Below, one piece after another: positions 39,739 to 47,871 of a DNA stretch of 64,000 nt. Origin of the DNA: a bacterium (GTDB lineage: Bacteria > Patescibacteriota > Minisyncoccia > UBA6257 > Colwellbacteraceae); assembly GCA_021787205.1 (NCBI GenBank), contig JAJYME010000007.1, positions 74,334 through 138,333 of the forward strand, written 5' to 3'. A model generated the notes under the pieces. It was not told where the DNA came from and did no database searches. It saw only the letters and a list, made by a program, of their open reading frames with translations. The translations under genes and the position numbers were made by a program. Every line of letters starts with the position of its first letter. Positions within the stretch are counted from its first letter, which is position 1.

Positions 39739-40425
39739 CTAGCGACTTTTTATCCTGTTTATGATTGAGATAAAAAACACTTTAACAGAACGCAAAACAA
39801 AAGAAATAATTTCCTTTAGGGTATGTTTTTGCGGTTCTTTGTGAAGCAAAACTCCTACTTCGGCGATTTCTATGCGGTTTTGCTTCAAATCAAACATAAG
39901 CTCAACCATGGAATCGAATTTTGTTTCGTTTCCAAGGACGGGAGCGATCTTTTGTTTGGCGCAGACGAAGGGTGTCATAAGATCGGACACTTTCGGATGC
40001 ACAAGACGGCCAAAGCCCGAGATGACAGAATTGCCAATCCCGGAATTGTCCATCCTCTTTCCAAAAGCGATATCAACCTCTTCGTCGCTATCCAAAAAGT
40101 CAGCCAGCTTCAGAAGCTCAATCATAGGAGCCTCATCGCTCAAGGCAAACAAACGGTATTCCCCGCTTGCTTCCCTCATCCCCGCTTTAATAAGGTCGGT
40201 TCTGTTCTTTTCTCCGGTCTTCAAGAATTTGATCCCGGTAACTCCGGCGATCTTTTTTATTGATTCCGGCGCCGTTTCCAGTGAATTTTCACCGAGAATT
40301 ATGATTTCATAATCCTTTCCCAGCTCTTTCAAGCGCCTGTCGGCATCAACGACTTGGAGCAGCAATTGATCAGCTGCCCCAATGTCGTGAAACAAGACCG
40401 AGATATACGGACGGTTTGTATTCAT
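39739..40425 (-). CDS. Degenerate GT2-fold glycosyltransferase-like protein
   Basis: YISVL..YEIIIL..AGMREASGEYRLF layout of Dol-P-glucosyltransferase-like GT2, but without the DD/DxD motifs. Confidence 0.6.
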   Translation of the reverse strand: MNTNRPYISVLFHDIGAADQLLLQVVDADRRLKELGKDYEIIILGENSLETAPESIKKIAGVTGIKFLKTGEKNRTDLIKAGMREASGEYRLFALSDEAPMIELLKLADFLDSDEEVDIAFGKRMDNSGIGNSVISGFGRLVHPKVSDLMTPFVCAKQKIAPVLGNETKFDSMVELMFDLKQNRIEIAEVGVLLHKEPQKHTLKEIISFVLRSVKVFFISIINRIKSR

Positions 40426-40438
40426 ATATAAATTGTTT

Positions 40439-40840
40439 TTAGCGTTTCGCCCATTGAGGAGCTCTTCTCGCCTTCTTCAATCCCGGTTTCTTTCTTTCAA
40501 CCATTCTTGAATCGCGGGTCAAGAGACTGTTGCTCTTGAGTCCCTTGACGAGGGTAGAATCCAACTTAGCAATGGCGCGAGCCAGTCCCAAAGAGACGGC
40601 TTCAGCCTGAGCGGAAAGTCCGCTTCCGGAAATCTTAACGGAGACGGAAACCTTTTCCGGCAAAGTGACTTTGGCGAGAGGTTTTCCGGCAGCGAGACGC
40701 TGCTCTTCAGTCTTGAAGTATTCGTTTACGTCCTTGCCATTGACGACAAAGCCGGTATTTCCAGGGAAAATCCTTACGCGAGCGGTAGCGGTCTTCCTTC
40801 TTCCAACGCCTTCAAAAAATTTTTGAGTGTCTTTCTTCAT
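40439..40840 (-). CDS. rpsI: 30S ribosomal protein S9
   Basis: GRRKTATARV, LTRDSRMVERKKPGLKKARRAPQWAKR. Confidence 0.98.
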   Translation of the reverse strand: MKKDTQKFFEGVGRRKTATARVRIFPGNTGFVVNGKDVNEYFKTEEQRLAAGKPLAKVTLPEKVSVSVKISGSGLSAQAEAVSLGLARAIAKLDSTLVKGLKSNSLLTRDSRMVERKKPGLKKARRAPQWAKR

Positions 40841-40844
40841 AGAG

Positions 40845-41189
40845 TTATTCTTCTATAATCAAGCGCTTCATTCTTTTTGCCTGGAGCTTGTTCTTGGGAA
40901 GCATGTGTTCGACAGCATTCCTCAAAACGAAGGCCGGGCTTTTGGCGAAGGCTTCTTTGTAAGTTTTTTCTTTAAGATGTCCCATATATCCGGTATGGCG
41001 GTAGTAGATTTTCTGTTCAGCCTTTTTTCCGGTTATTTCGATATCTCTGATGTTTTTGATGACGACGCGATTTTCACCTTCAAGCCTGGGTTCATATTCA
41101 GCTGAATCCTTTCCTTGAAGAAGAAGCGCAATCTTCGTGGCGAAACGGCCTACTTTTTGATTTTTCGCGTCCAAAATTATTTCTTTCAT
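40845..41189 (-). CDS. rplM: 50S ribosomal protein L13 (short form)
   Basis: LDA..VGRFATKIA..LQGK, KIYYRHTGYMG, AVEHMLPKN. Confidence 0.96.
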   Translation of the reverse strand: MKEIILDAKNQKVGRFATKIALLLQGKDSAEYEPRLEGENRVVIKNIRDIEITGKKAEQKIYYRHTGYMGHLKEKTYKEAFAKSPAFVLRNAVEHMLPKNKLQAKRMKRLIIEE

Positions 41190-41197
41190 ATTATATT

Positions 41198-41548
41198 TTA
41201 GACAAATTCAATTTTAACCATTTCGACCCCATCACGCATCCTGACCTTTCCGGTCTTTAAGATGCGGAGGTAACCTCCCTTTCTATCCATATATTTCGGT
41301 GCAATCTCATGATACAGCTTGAATGCCGGTTTTTCAGGAAGGCGGCTAATCAAGAGTTTTAATGAAGCGAGGTCCTGCTTCTTTGCGAGGGTGACCATTT
41401 TCTCAACACGCGGACGGATTTCTTTTGCTCTCGCCGGAGTAGTTTGAATGGCGCCCTCAAGGATCAAGGAGGTCATCAATGATTTGACGAACTGTCTCCT
41501 ATCACCTTTCTCCCTTCCAAATTTTGTACCTTTAACAGAGTGGCGCAT
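41198..41548 (-). CDS. rplQ: 50S ribosomal protein L17
   Basis: MRH, IQTTPARAKEIR, RKGGYLRILK. Confidence 0.97.
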   Translation of the reverse strand: MRHSVKGTKFGREKGDRRQFVKSLMTSLILEGAIQTTPARAKEIRPRVEKMVTLAKKQDLASLKLLISRLPEKPAFKLYHEIAPKYMDRKGGYLRILKTGKVRMRDGVEMVKIEFV

Positions 41549-41564
41549 TGTAATTTAATTCCTT

Positions 41565-42269
41565 TTATTCTTCAGACTCTTCAATCTCCGCGACTTTGGC
41601 GCAGTGATCCAAGAGGATCTTTGAGGCTTTTCTCAAAGCCTTTGACGGACTGATCGAACCGTCAGTTTCAATATTCAAAATGACGCGATTAAAATCCGTC
41701 CTGTCGCCGACGCGCATATTTTCAGTTGCGAGTCCGACATTGATGACTGGAGTAAAAACAGCATCAAGAGCGATGACGCCGACATCTAATTTGCCGAACT
41801 TCATCTTCTCAACCGGGACATAACCTAATCCTTTATCTACTGTAATTTCCATTTCCACTTCCGCCTTTTTGTCAGTAGTGGTAAAAAGATGGATTTCAGG
41901 ATTGATAACTTTCACGAAAGCGTTACCTTTGATGTCCGCTCCGGTGACCTCCTTCTCCCCCTTAACTTTAAGGGAAAGGACCTGAGGTTCGTCCGCGTTA
42001 AATTCGAAACGGATCTTCTTAAGATTCAAACCGATATCGACGACATCTTCTAAGACGTGGTCAACGGTTACGAATTCATGAAGAACCCCTTTGATTTTAA
42101 ATTGGACAACGGCAGCCCCGGGAAGCGATGACAAGAGGATTCTTCTCAACGCATTTCCAAAGGTCAAACCGTATCCGGGATATAATCCCTCGATTTCGAA
42201 AACGCCAAGTTTACCGTCGTCAGACACCTTTTTAACTTTAACGCTATCGCTTAGATAGGTGTAATTCAT
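41565..42269 (-). CDS. rpoA: RNA polymerase alpha subunit (NTD only, 234 aa)
   Basis: GYGLTFGNALRRILLSSLPGAA, GVLHEF, RVGDRTDF, IETDGSISP; located between rpsD and rplQ. Confidence 0.95.
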   Translation of the reverse strand: MNYTYLSDSVKVKKVSDDGKLGVFEIEGLYPGYGLTFGNALRRILLSSLPGAAVVQFKIKGVLHEFVTVDHVLEDVVDIGLNLKKIRFEFNADEPQVLSLKVKGEKEVTGADIKGNAFVKVINPEIHLFTTTDKKAEVEMEITVDKGLGYVPVEKMKFGKLDVGVIALDAVFTPVINVGLATENMRVGDRTDFNRVILNIETDGSISPSKALRKASKILLDHCAKVAEIEESEE

Positions 42270-42292
42270 TTTATGTCTTTGGTTTTTATTTA

Positions 42293-42901
42293 TTATTTAA
42301 GGTAGTAGTTAACGACCAAGTCCAAGTCGAAAGGAATTTCAACGTCTCTCGGTTCGGTTAAGACTTCAACAGCCTTCTTTTCCTTATCAAGCTTGAGCCA
42401 AGCCGGAGCTTCAAAGTTCTTGAAGCGGTTGTCGGCGGCGGCGATAGCCTGATGTTCGGCGCTTTCAGCTCTGAAAGCGATTCTGTCTCCAATTCTTACA
42501 GCGTAAGAAGGAGTAGTAACCTTTCTTCCGTTAACAGTGATGTGTCCGTGTCCGACGAGCTGCTTGGCAACTCTTCTGGAACCGGCCAAACCGGAACGAA
42601 AAACAATGTTATCAAGGCGAGATTCAAGTGATCTGACCAAGGCGACGTGAGTAGGTTCCTTCGAGGCGTTAGCCAAGTCGAAGTACTTTCCCATTTGCTT
42701 TTCGGTTAATAGGTAGCTGAAGCGAACTTTTTGCTTTTCGGCAAGTTGTTTGCCGAATTCACTTACTTTTTTGAAAGAGCGAGGGTGAGCTCCAGGACGA
42801 GTCGGACGCTTTGCATGGGCGCATTTACCCGAGGCGCAGCGATCGGCTTTGAGCATCAATTTTGTTCCCAACGCGCGTTCCTTTTTTTCAAGAATTCTCA
42901 T
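42293..42901 (-). CDS. rpsD: 30S ribosomal protein S4
   Basis: SEFGKQLAEKQK, LESRLDNIVFR, QLVGHGHITVNG. Confidence 0.97.
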   Translation of the reverse strand: MRILEKKERALGTKLMLKADRCASGKCAHAKRPTRPGAHPRSFKKVSEFGKQLAEKQKVRFSYLLTEKQMGKYFDLANASKEPTHVALVRSLESRLDNIVFRSGLAGSRRVAKQLVGHGHITVNGRKVTTPSYAVRIGDRIAFRAESAEHQAIAAADNRFKNFEAPAWLKLDKEKKAVEVLTEPRDVEIPFDLDLVVNYYLK

Positions 42902-42909
42902 GTCGTTTA

Positions 42910-43356
42910 TTAAACTCTTCTCACTTTCTTAGGTTTAGGTCCATTATGCGGGACGGGAGTAACATCCTTGATCGAAAGGATATTAAATCCGTGGTTGATA
43001 AGGGAACGGATCGCCGAATCTCGACCGACGGAAACTCCGGAGACGATAACATCAACATTGAAAGGACCTGATTTCGCAATCTTCTCAGCGATAGTCGCGA
43101 CGACTTTCTGAGCGGCGAACGGGGTCGCTTTCTTGGGACCGGCAAATCCAAGGGAACCGGCGGATGCCCAGGCGACGACATTTCCGTTGGTGTCAGTAAC
43201 AGTGATTAACGTGTTATTGAAAGAAACGTTGATGTAAACGCGGCCAGCATCAAAGCTCTTCGACTTCTTTGCAGGAGTCTTGTCGGCTTTCTTAGCGCTA
43301 GTCTTTTTGGTTGCAGTGGTTTTTTTAGTTGTGGTTGTGGTTTTTTTCTGTGCCAT
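42910..43356 (-). CDS. rpsK: 30S ribosomal protein S11 with Lys/Thr-rich N-terminal extension
   Basis: SFNNTLITVTD, KKATPFAA, DVTPVPHNG. Confidence 0.97.
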   Translation of the reverse strand: MAQKKTTTTTKKTTATKKTSAKKADKTPAKKSKSFDAGRVYINVSFNNTLITVTDTNGNVVAWASAGSLGFAGPKKATPFAAQKVVATIAEKIAKSGPFNVDVIVSGVSVGRDSAIRSLINHGFNILSIKDVTPVPHNGPKPKKVRRV

Positions 43357-43362
43357 ATTCCA

Positions 43363-43743
43363 TTATTTGAGTTCAACCTTTCTCTTTCCGCTAGTCGCGG
43401 TGGCTCTCTTATTGCCACGAACGGTGCGGGTGTTGGTCTTGGTTCTCTGTCCACGGACAGGAAGATGACGAGCATGTCTCGTACCTCTGTATGAACCGAT
43501 GTCTTTTAAGCGATTGATGTTGGATTTGATTTCCGTTCTCAATTCTCCTTCGATCTTGTATTCCTCGAGGGCTTCCTTGATCTTGTTGATTTCAGCGGGA
43601 GTCAGATCCTTCGCTCTGGTGTCAGGATTGATACCAGTCTTGGCTAAGATGTCCTTGGCGAGCTTGGGGCCGATGCCGTAGACATAGCGAAGCGCAATTT
43701 CAGAGCGCTTTTCATCAGGGATATTAATACCAGCTATTCTCAT
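43363..43743 (-). CDS. rpsM: 30S ribosomal protein S13
   Basis: MRIAGINIP, SYRGTRH..LPVRGQRTKTNTRT. Confidence 0.98.
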   Translation of the reverse strand: MRIAGINIPDEKRSEIALRYVYGIGPKLAKDILAKTGINPDTRAKDLTPAEINKIKEALEEYKIEGELRTEIKSNINRLKDIGSYRGTRHARHLPVRGQRTKTNTRTVRGNKRATATSGKRKVELK

Positions 43744-43780
43744 AGTAATTAATTATGCTAAATATTGTTTATTTGTTTTT

Positions 43781-43897
43781 TTAACCCTGTCTTTGTTTGT
43801 GTTTGGGTATCTTTGAACAGATTACATAGATTCGACCGTGTCTGCGGACAATCTTGCAATCCTTACAGATTTTTTTTACTGATGGACGAACTTTCAT
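43781..43897 (-). CDS. rpmJ: 50S ribosomal protein L36
   Basis: Read by hand (below the ORF-track cutoff): [38 protein letters not shown]. Confidence 0.97.
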   Translation of the reverse strand: MKVRPSVKKICKDCKIVRRHGRIYVICSKIPKHKQRQG

Positions 43898-43907
43898 TGT
43901 ATATATA

Positions 43908-44105
43908 TTACAATCTTCTTGTTATTCTTCCTCTTTTCTCGTCATAAGGAGTCATTTCTACCAGAACCTTATCTCCGAGAACGATTTTAATGTGGTTTTT
44001 TCTCATCTTTCCCGCGAGATAGGCGAGGACTTCCCTTCCGTCTTCAAGTTGAACCTTGAAAGTCGTTGCCGGTAAGGCCTCGATGACTTGTCCTTGTATT
44101 GTCAT
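43908..44105 (-). CDS. infA: Translation initiation factor IF-1
   Basis: [33 protein letters not shown]. Confidence 0.97.
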   Translation of the reverse strand: MTIQGQVIEALPATTFKVQLEDGREVLAYLAGKMRKNHIKIVLGDKVLVEMTPYDEKRGRITRRL

Positions 44106-44358
44106 TGAAAATTGGTGATAACGCTAATGTTTTGTTGGGATGTACGCAAAAAAGTCACTCCAGGTTTTATCGCCTCTGTAATTTCCGGATTTTGTTCCGA
44201 AAAGGAGTCCAGCAACGATTAGGAGTTGACTATTTTATCTTTATGCAGCCGCTGCAAAAAGCGAGATCCCGCCTTTTTAGCTATCTATTTATACTATTAA
44301 ACAGGAAAAAGGTCAAGGAGAAACAAAAAGAGGCAGGGTGTCTACCCTGCCTCGTTCT

Positions 44359-44799
44359 TTAGCACTCAATCGTATGATTATCTTCGCCACCGTAGTAGAA
44401 GACTTTGACCGGCTCCAAGTTGTCACGATAGGTCCCGTCTTGCTCCAGGACCTTCTGCCTCCTGTGACGAGCCAGGACCGAAAGAAGTTCGATCTTGACG
44501 TCTTTGGCGGCGTTCGTGATGATGTTCCCCGCCATGACAAGAAGCGAAGCGAGCTCCACCGTGCCTATAGTCTTGCCGATGTCGTCTCTCAGGCCGAATT
44601 CGCCAATAGGCTTGTCGTCCTGAAAGAACAGGACGCTGCAAAGCGTCGGATCTGCCTGGTCGTCCACCCTGATTTGATAGATGCCTTTCAGCATATCAAC
44701 TCCTGCCAATTCCTCGGGCAAGGTTGACTGTATCCAAATCCTGGCGGCTTGCACTTTCGCATTGAAATCCTCGTCGTTAAGGATTAACTTGCCTTTCAT
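44359..44799 (-). CDS. Hypothetical protein
   Basis: 146 aa ORF with GAAGGGGTG SD; no recognised motif. Confidence 0.6.
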   Translation of the reverse strand: MKGKLILNDEDFNAKVQAARIWIQSTLPEELAGVDMLKGIYQIRVDDQADPTLCSVLFFQDDKPIGEFGLRDDIGKTIGTVELASLLVMAGNIITNAAKDVKIELLSVLARHRRQKVLEQDGTYRDNLEPVKVFYYGGEDNHTIEC

Positions 44800-44897
44800 T
44801 CAAACCACCCCTTCAGAAATAATTGAGTTGTGATAGGTTTCTGCCTTAGTAATACCCCAAAATAACAAGAAAAGCAACCCGCCAGGGTTGCTTTCTC

Positions 44898-46640
44898 TTA
44901 TTTAACGATAATATTTATTCTCGACTGGTCCTTAGGGACAAACCTGATAAAGAACGGCCAGAGCTCGCTTTTCACGTTCTCAGCGCCAGCAATCGAGGCA
45001 ATTGAGGCCCGAAAGGAGTTGTAATTCTCCCCGGCAATCCTCTGCCTGAAGTCATTAGCGTTGAACTCCCTGGTCCAAGAGCCCGAGACAACGACCGGGA
45101 TAGTCGCCTTATTGGCTGCCCAATCAACGGTCGGGGCGCTATAGGTGACTTTGACAGATTTGGGAGTCAGAGAAACTCCTTCCTTGTCGATGAAGGCATT
45201 GCTAGCCAGGGAAACGATGTCGCTTTCTCTGACCGCTAAGACTTTGGTCTCAATCGAGATCCCGTAGCTGAATTCGCCTTTGGCATCAGGATCAGCAGTG
45301 ACTCCCTCGCGAGAGACGACTGTTGTCTTACCTTCAGGAACAGCGGTGAAGCCGCTCGGCATATTCATTGCCACGTCTGAGCTTAGGGCTTCCTCGACAT
45401 TCTTATGGGACTCCTCTTTCGCTTTTTGAAGGTCAGCATCAGTAGCCACCTTCATAACACCCGAGAAGCCGCCAGAAACACCATCCTTGAAGACACCGTA
45501 GAAACCGTTATATTTGGCAGTTCCTTGGAATCCGGGGATTTTAAGCTTCTCTTCAGAAGGACCGAAATTATAAGATTCGCCAACAGCATCCGCCTCAGCC
45601 GTCGCTATAATCGATGAAGGATTGATTTGCCCTTCGGAGATCTTGGCTCCGGGGACAGTAATAGCGGAGGTTAGACGGTAAACCTTGCCGTCTGAGGTAG
45701 TGAACCTGGTGTTCTTAACTAAGAGTTGAGGGTCGGAACTGTAGGCGTTCCAAATAGTAATCTTGCCGCTAGATTTCTTATGGACTTCTTTTTCCCCGGT
45801 AGCAATAAACTTAAAGACACCGGATTTTGAGGTCTTGAATATTTGGATTGGAACTGAGGAATCGCCAATGCTGGAAATATTGGTAGCGCCCGAGACGTTT
45901 GCAGTCCACTCGTATGGCATTTCCTTAAGAGTCACTTCCACATTCGCTTTTGGCAGAACAAAGAAACTCAAGTAAGCGCCACCGGCCAGGATCAGAAAAA
46001 TTCCCAGAGTGATAGCTTTCCTAACGAGGGAAAATTTTTTTATCTCTCCAGTTTCTTCGTCCGTCTCGTAGGCTATCTCGCTGTAAGAGACGGCATTAGG
46101 CTCTGCCTGGTCGTCTTCTGGCTCAGCGCGCTTGGCTTCGCCGTTTTGGCTGCGATCGCCGAAGCCGTTCTTAAAAAAACTGTAATCGGAGATCTTGCGG
46201 CTGGCCAAGTATTCCCTTTCCGCCTCGACTGCTTCCTCCTTTTTCTCTTCAGCTTCAACCCCATTGGTGACATTCGTTTCCTCAATGCTTCGGCCATCGT
46301 GAAGCTTGTCTCCCCTCATGACATACATGTTCATTCCTCCGGATTTTTTGGAGGGCACGATGTCGGCGAACTTATTATTCTTTCTTCGGGAAAAAACCGC
46401 ATCGGTCACATCAAGCCCGGCAAAAGAAGCGGCGTCCAAGACGTCCTGGCTGACCGACTCTATGGTCACATTCTTTTTAAGAGCGGATGATTCTCTTTTT
46501 ATAAGCTTGAAACTTTTAGGATCATTCAAGAGGGCCGAATCCTTAGGGATGTAGATTATGACCTCGGTTTCGTGGGTAGACAAGAGCCTATCGATTACGC
46601 TCGGAGCAAGATCTGTTTTTTGAATGTATATTTTTTTCAT
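44898..46640 (-). CDS. Bitopic membrane protein with baseplate-J-like extracellular region
   Basis: Cytoplasmic N-domain, TM, then PKANVEV..KSSGKITIWN..PQLLVKNTRF..VPG..AEADAVGESYN; paired with the FtsA-like gene. Confidence 0.7.
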   Translation of the reverse strand: MKKIYIQKTDLAPSVIDRLLSTHETEVIIYIPKDSALLNDPKSFKLIKRESSALKKNVTIESVSQDVLDAASFAGLDVTDAVFSRRKNNKFADIVPSKKSGGMNMYVMRGDKLHDGRSIEETNVTNGVEAEEKKEEAVEAEREYLASRKISDYSFFKNGFGDRSQNGEAKRAEPEDDQAEPNAVSYSEIAYETDEETGEIKKFSLVRKAITLGIFLILAGGAYLSFFVLPKANVEVTLKEMPYEWTANVSGATNISSIGDSSVPIQIFKTSKSGVFKFIATGEKEVHKKSSGKITIWNAYSSDPQLLVKNTRFTTSDGKVYRLTSAITVPGAKISEGQINPSSIIATAEADAVGESYNFGPSEEKLKIPGFQGTAKYNGFYGVFKDGVSGGFSGVMKVATDADLQKAKEESHKNVEEALSSDVAMNMPSGFTAVPEGKTTVVSREGVTADPDAKGEFSYGISIETKVLAVRESDIVSLASNAFIDKEGVSLTPKSVKVTYSAPTVDWAANKATIPVVVSGSWTREFNANDFRQRIAGENYNSFRASIASIAGAENVKSELWPFFIRFVPKDQSRINIIVK

Positions 46641-46734
46641 GAAGATAAAAGGTGTTCTTAATTCCCAAATCTTTTGAAAGATTGTCGGGAATCCAAAGTA
46701 TTGCCAGTTTCCCGGCTGTGCGGGGATAGAATTG

Positions 46735-47688
46735 TTAATGATTGCTTGTAAGCCATTTCATCCTTCTCTTGGCAATGCGATTGAAGCAGTCGTCAATGGA
46801 AGACTTGCCGTACTCGTAATGGACTATCTCCTTGTCGGAGACAAAGGGCAGAAACTCGATCTTAAGAGGAAGGGTCCTGGGATAGGATATGGCGTCAGTT
46901 TCAAGATCGGTCAAATCCTCGCACATAACATAGACTAATGGCTTCTTTATTTTAACATTTAATGAAGTTGCCGTCATCTCTTTGAAGAAGTCCTCAAAAA
47001 GACCGGAGAGGCTCGGGCGGAAGAATTTTTTCAAATCCTGAGACATCTCCTCATTGGCATAATTAGAGACAATCCTTTTAGCCGTATCAGCTCCGACCTG
47101 CATAAAGGAGGCAACTCCCTCGAATACCCTGTCTGAGCCCCAGCCGATCTCCCCTAAGGGATATAAGCCATCCTTGTCATCGGCGTGATAGAGATAGGTC
47201 TTTTCCTTCGTGACATTGGCGAAGATGAATTCCTTGTTCTTAGAATCCCTCTTCATCGCCCAGGCGCAAGCAGAATTATTCTCAAGGGTAAACGAAACTT
47301 CCCCCTTCCTGGGAGTATGATTCTCGATATCCTCGGACAAATCCCTGGTGACCATTGTTTCCACAAGCCCCACTTCAATAGTTCTCGACTTGAAGCCGAT
47401 CGGGTTTTGGACCGCGGCCCCGTCAAGCTTGATGTATAAAACGCGGACATCGGTCAGGACGACATCAAGCTCTGAGATGTTGTGTTTGGCGGCGAATTTT
47501 TTTCTTTCATCGTCAAACATCTTCCAGATAGCGCTGGTAATGGCGCTTTCGATTTCCGCTTCGGTTATTTCTTCGTTTTGCTTGTCACGCGATGAGACGC
47601 GGGATGAATAAACAGCAGTCCCGTAAACGGGGTCAATGGATAATGCGTATTTTTTTTCCTCTTCAATCGGAATATATCGGAAAGACAT
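46735..47688 (-). CDS. Divergent FtsA-like (actin-fold) protein
   Basis: YIKLDGAAVQNPIGFKSRTIEV and IGWGSDRV..VA resemble FtsA segments; nucleotide-binding motifs look eroded. Confidence 0.5.
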   Translation of the reverse strand: MSFRYIPIEEEKKYALSIDPVYGTAVYSSRVSSRDKQNEEITEAEIESAITSAIWKMFDDERKKFAAKHNISELDVVLTDVRVLYIKLDGAAVQNPIGFKSRTIEVGLVETMVTRDLSEDIENHTPRKGEVSFTLENNSACAWAMKRDSKNKEFIFANVTKEKTYLYHADDKDGLYPLGEIGWGSDRVFEGVASFMQVGADTAKRIVSNYANEEMSQDLKKFFRPSLSGLFEDFFKEMTATSLNVKIKKPLVYVMCEDLTDLETDAISYPRTLPLKIEFLPFVSDKEIVHYEYGKSSIDDCFNRIAKRRMKWLTSNH

Positions 47689-47708
47689 ATAAACATTATA
47701 GAACAAAG

Positions 47709-47740
47709 AAAAAACACCGCAAAATCTTGCGGTGTTTTTT
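47709..47740. terminator. Intrinsic terminator-like hairpin
   Basis: AAAAAACACCGCAA-AATC-TTGCGGTGTTTTTT. Confidence 0.75.
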
Positions 47741-47751
47741 TATAAAAAAAA

Positions 47752-47863
47752 TTACGTCTTCTCGCTTTCCTCGAACCTCCAGCGGGTTCTCAGGCATATT
47801 GCGATTTGCGACATTTCATGTCGACCAAGCCAAATCGCAACATATGCCGCTCTGAAGACGTAA
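47752..47863. ncRNA. Candidate structured RNA or palindromic element of unknown family
   Basis: Four nested stems plus a side hairpin in non-coding DNA after the alaS stop. Confidence 0.35.
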
Positions 47864-47871
47864 ATTATCTT

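Noticed and set aside
47752-47863. TPP riboswitch, SRP RNA or RNase P RNA
   Set aside because: CUGAGA and GAGGAAAG fragments occur, but the remaining conserved elements and their order do not fit
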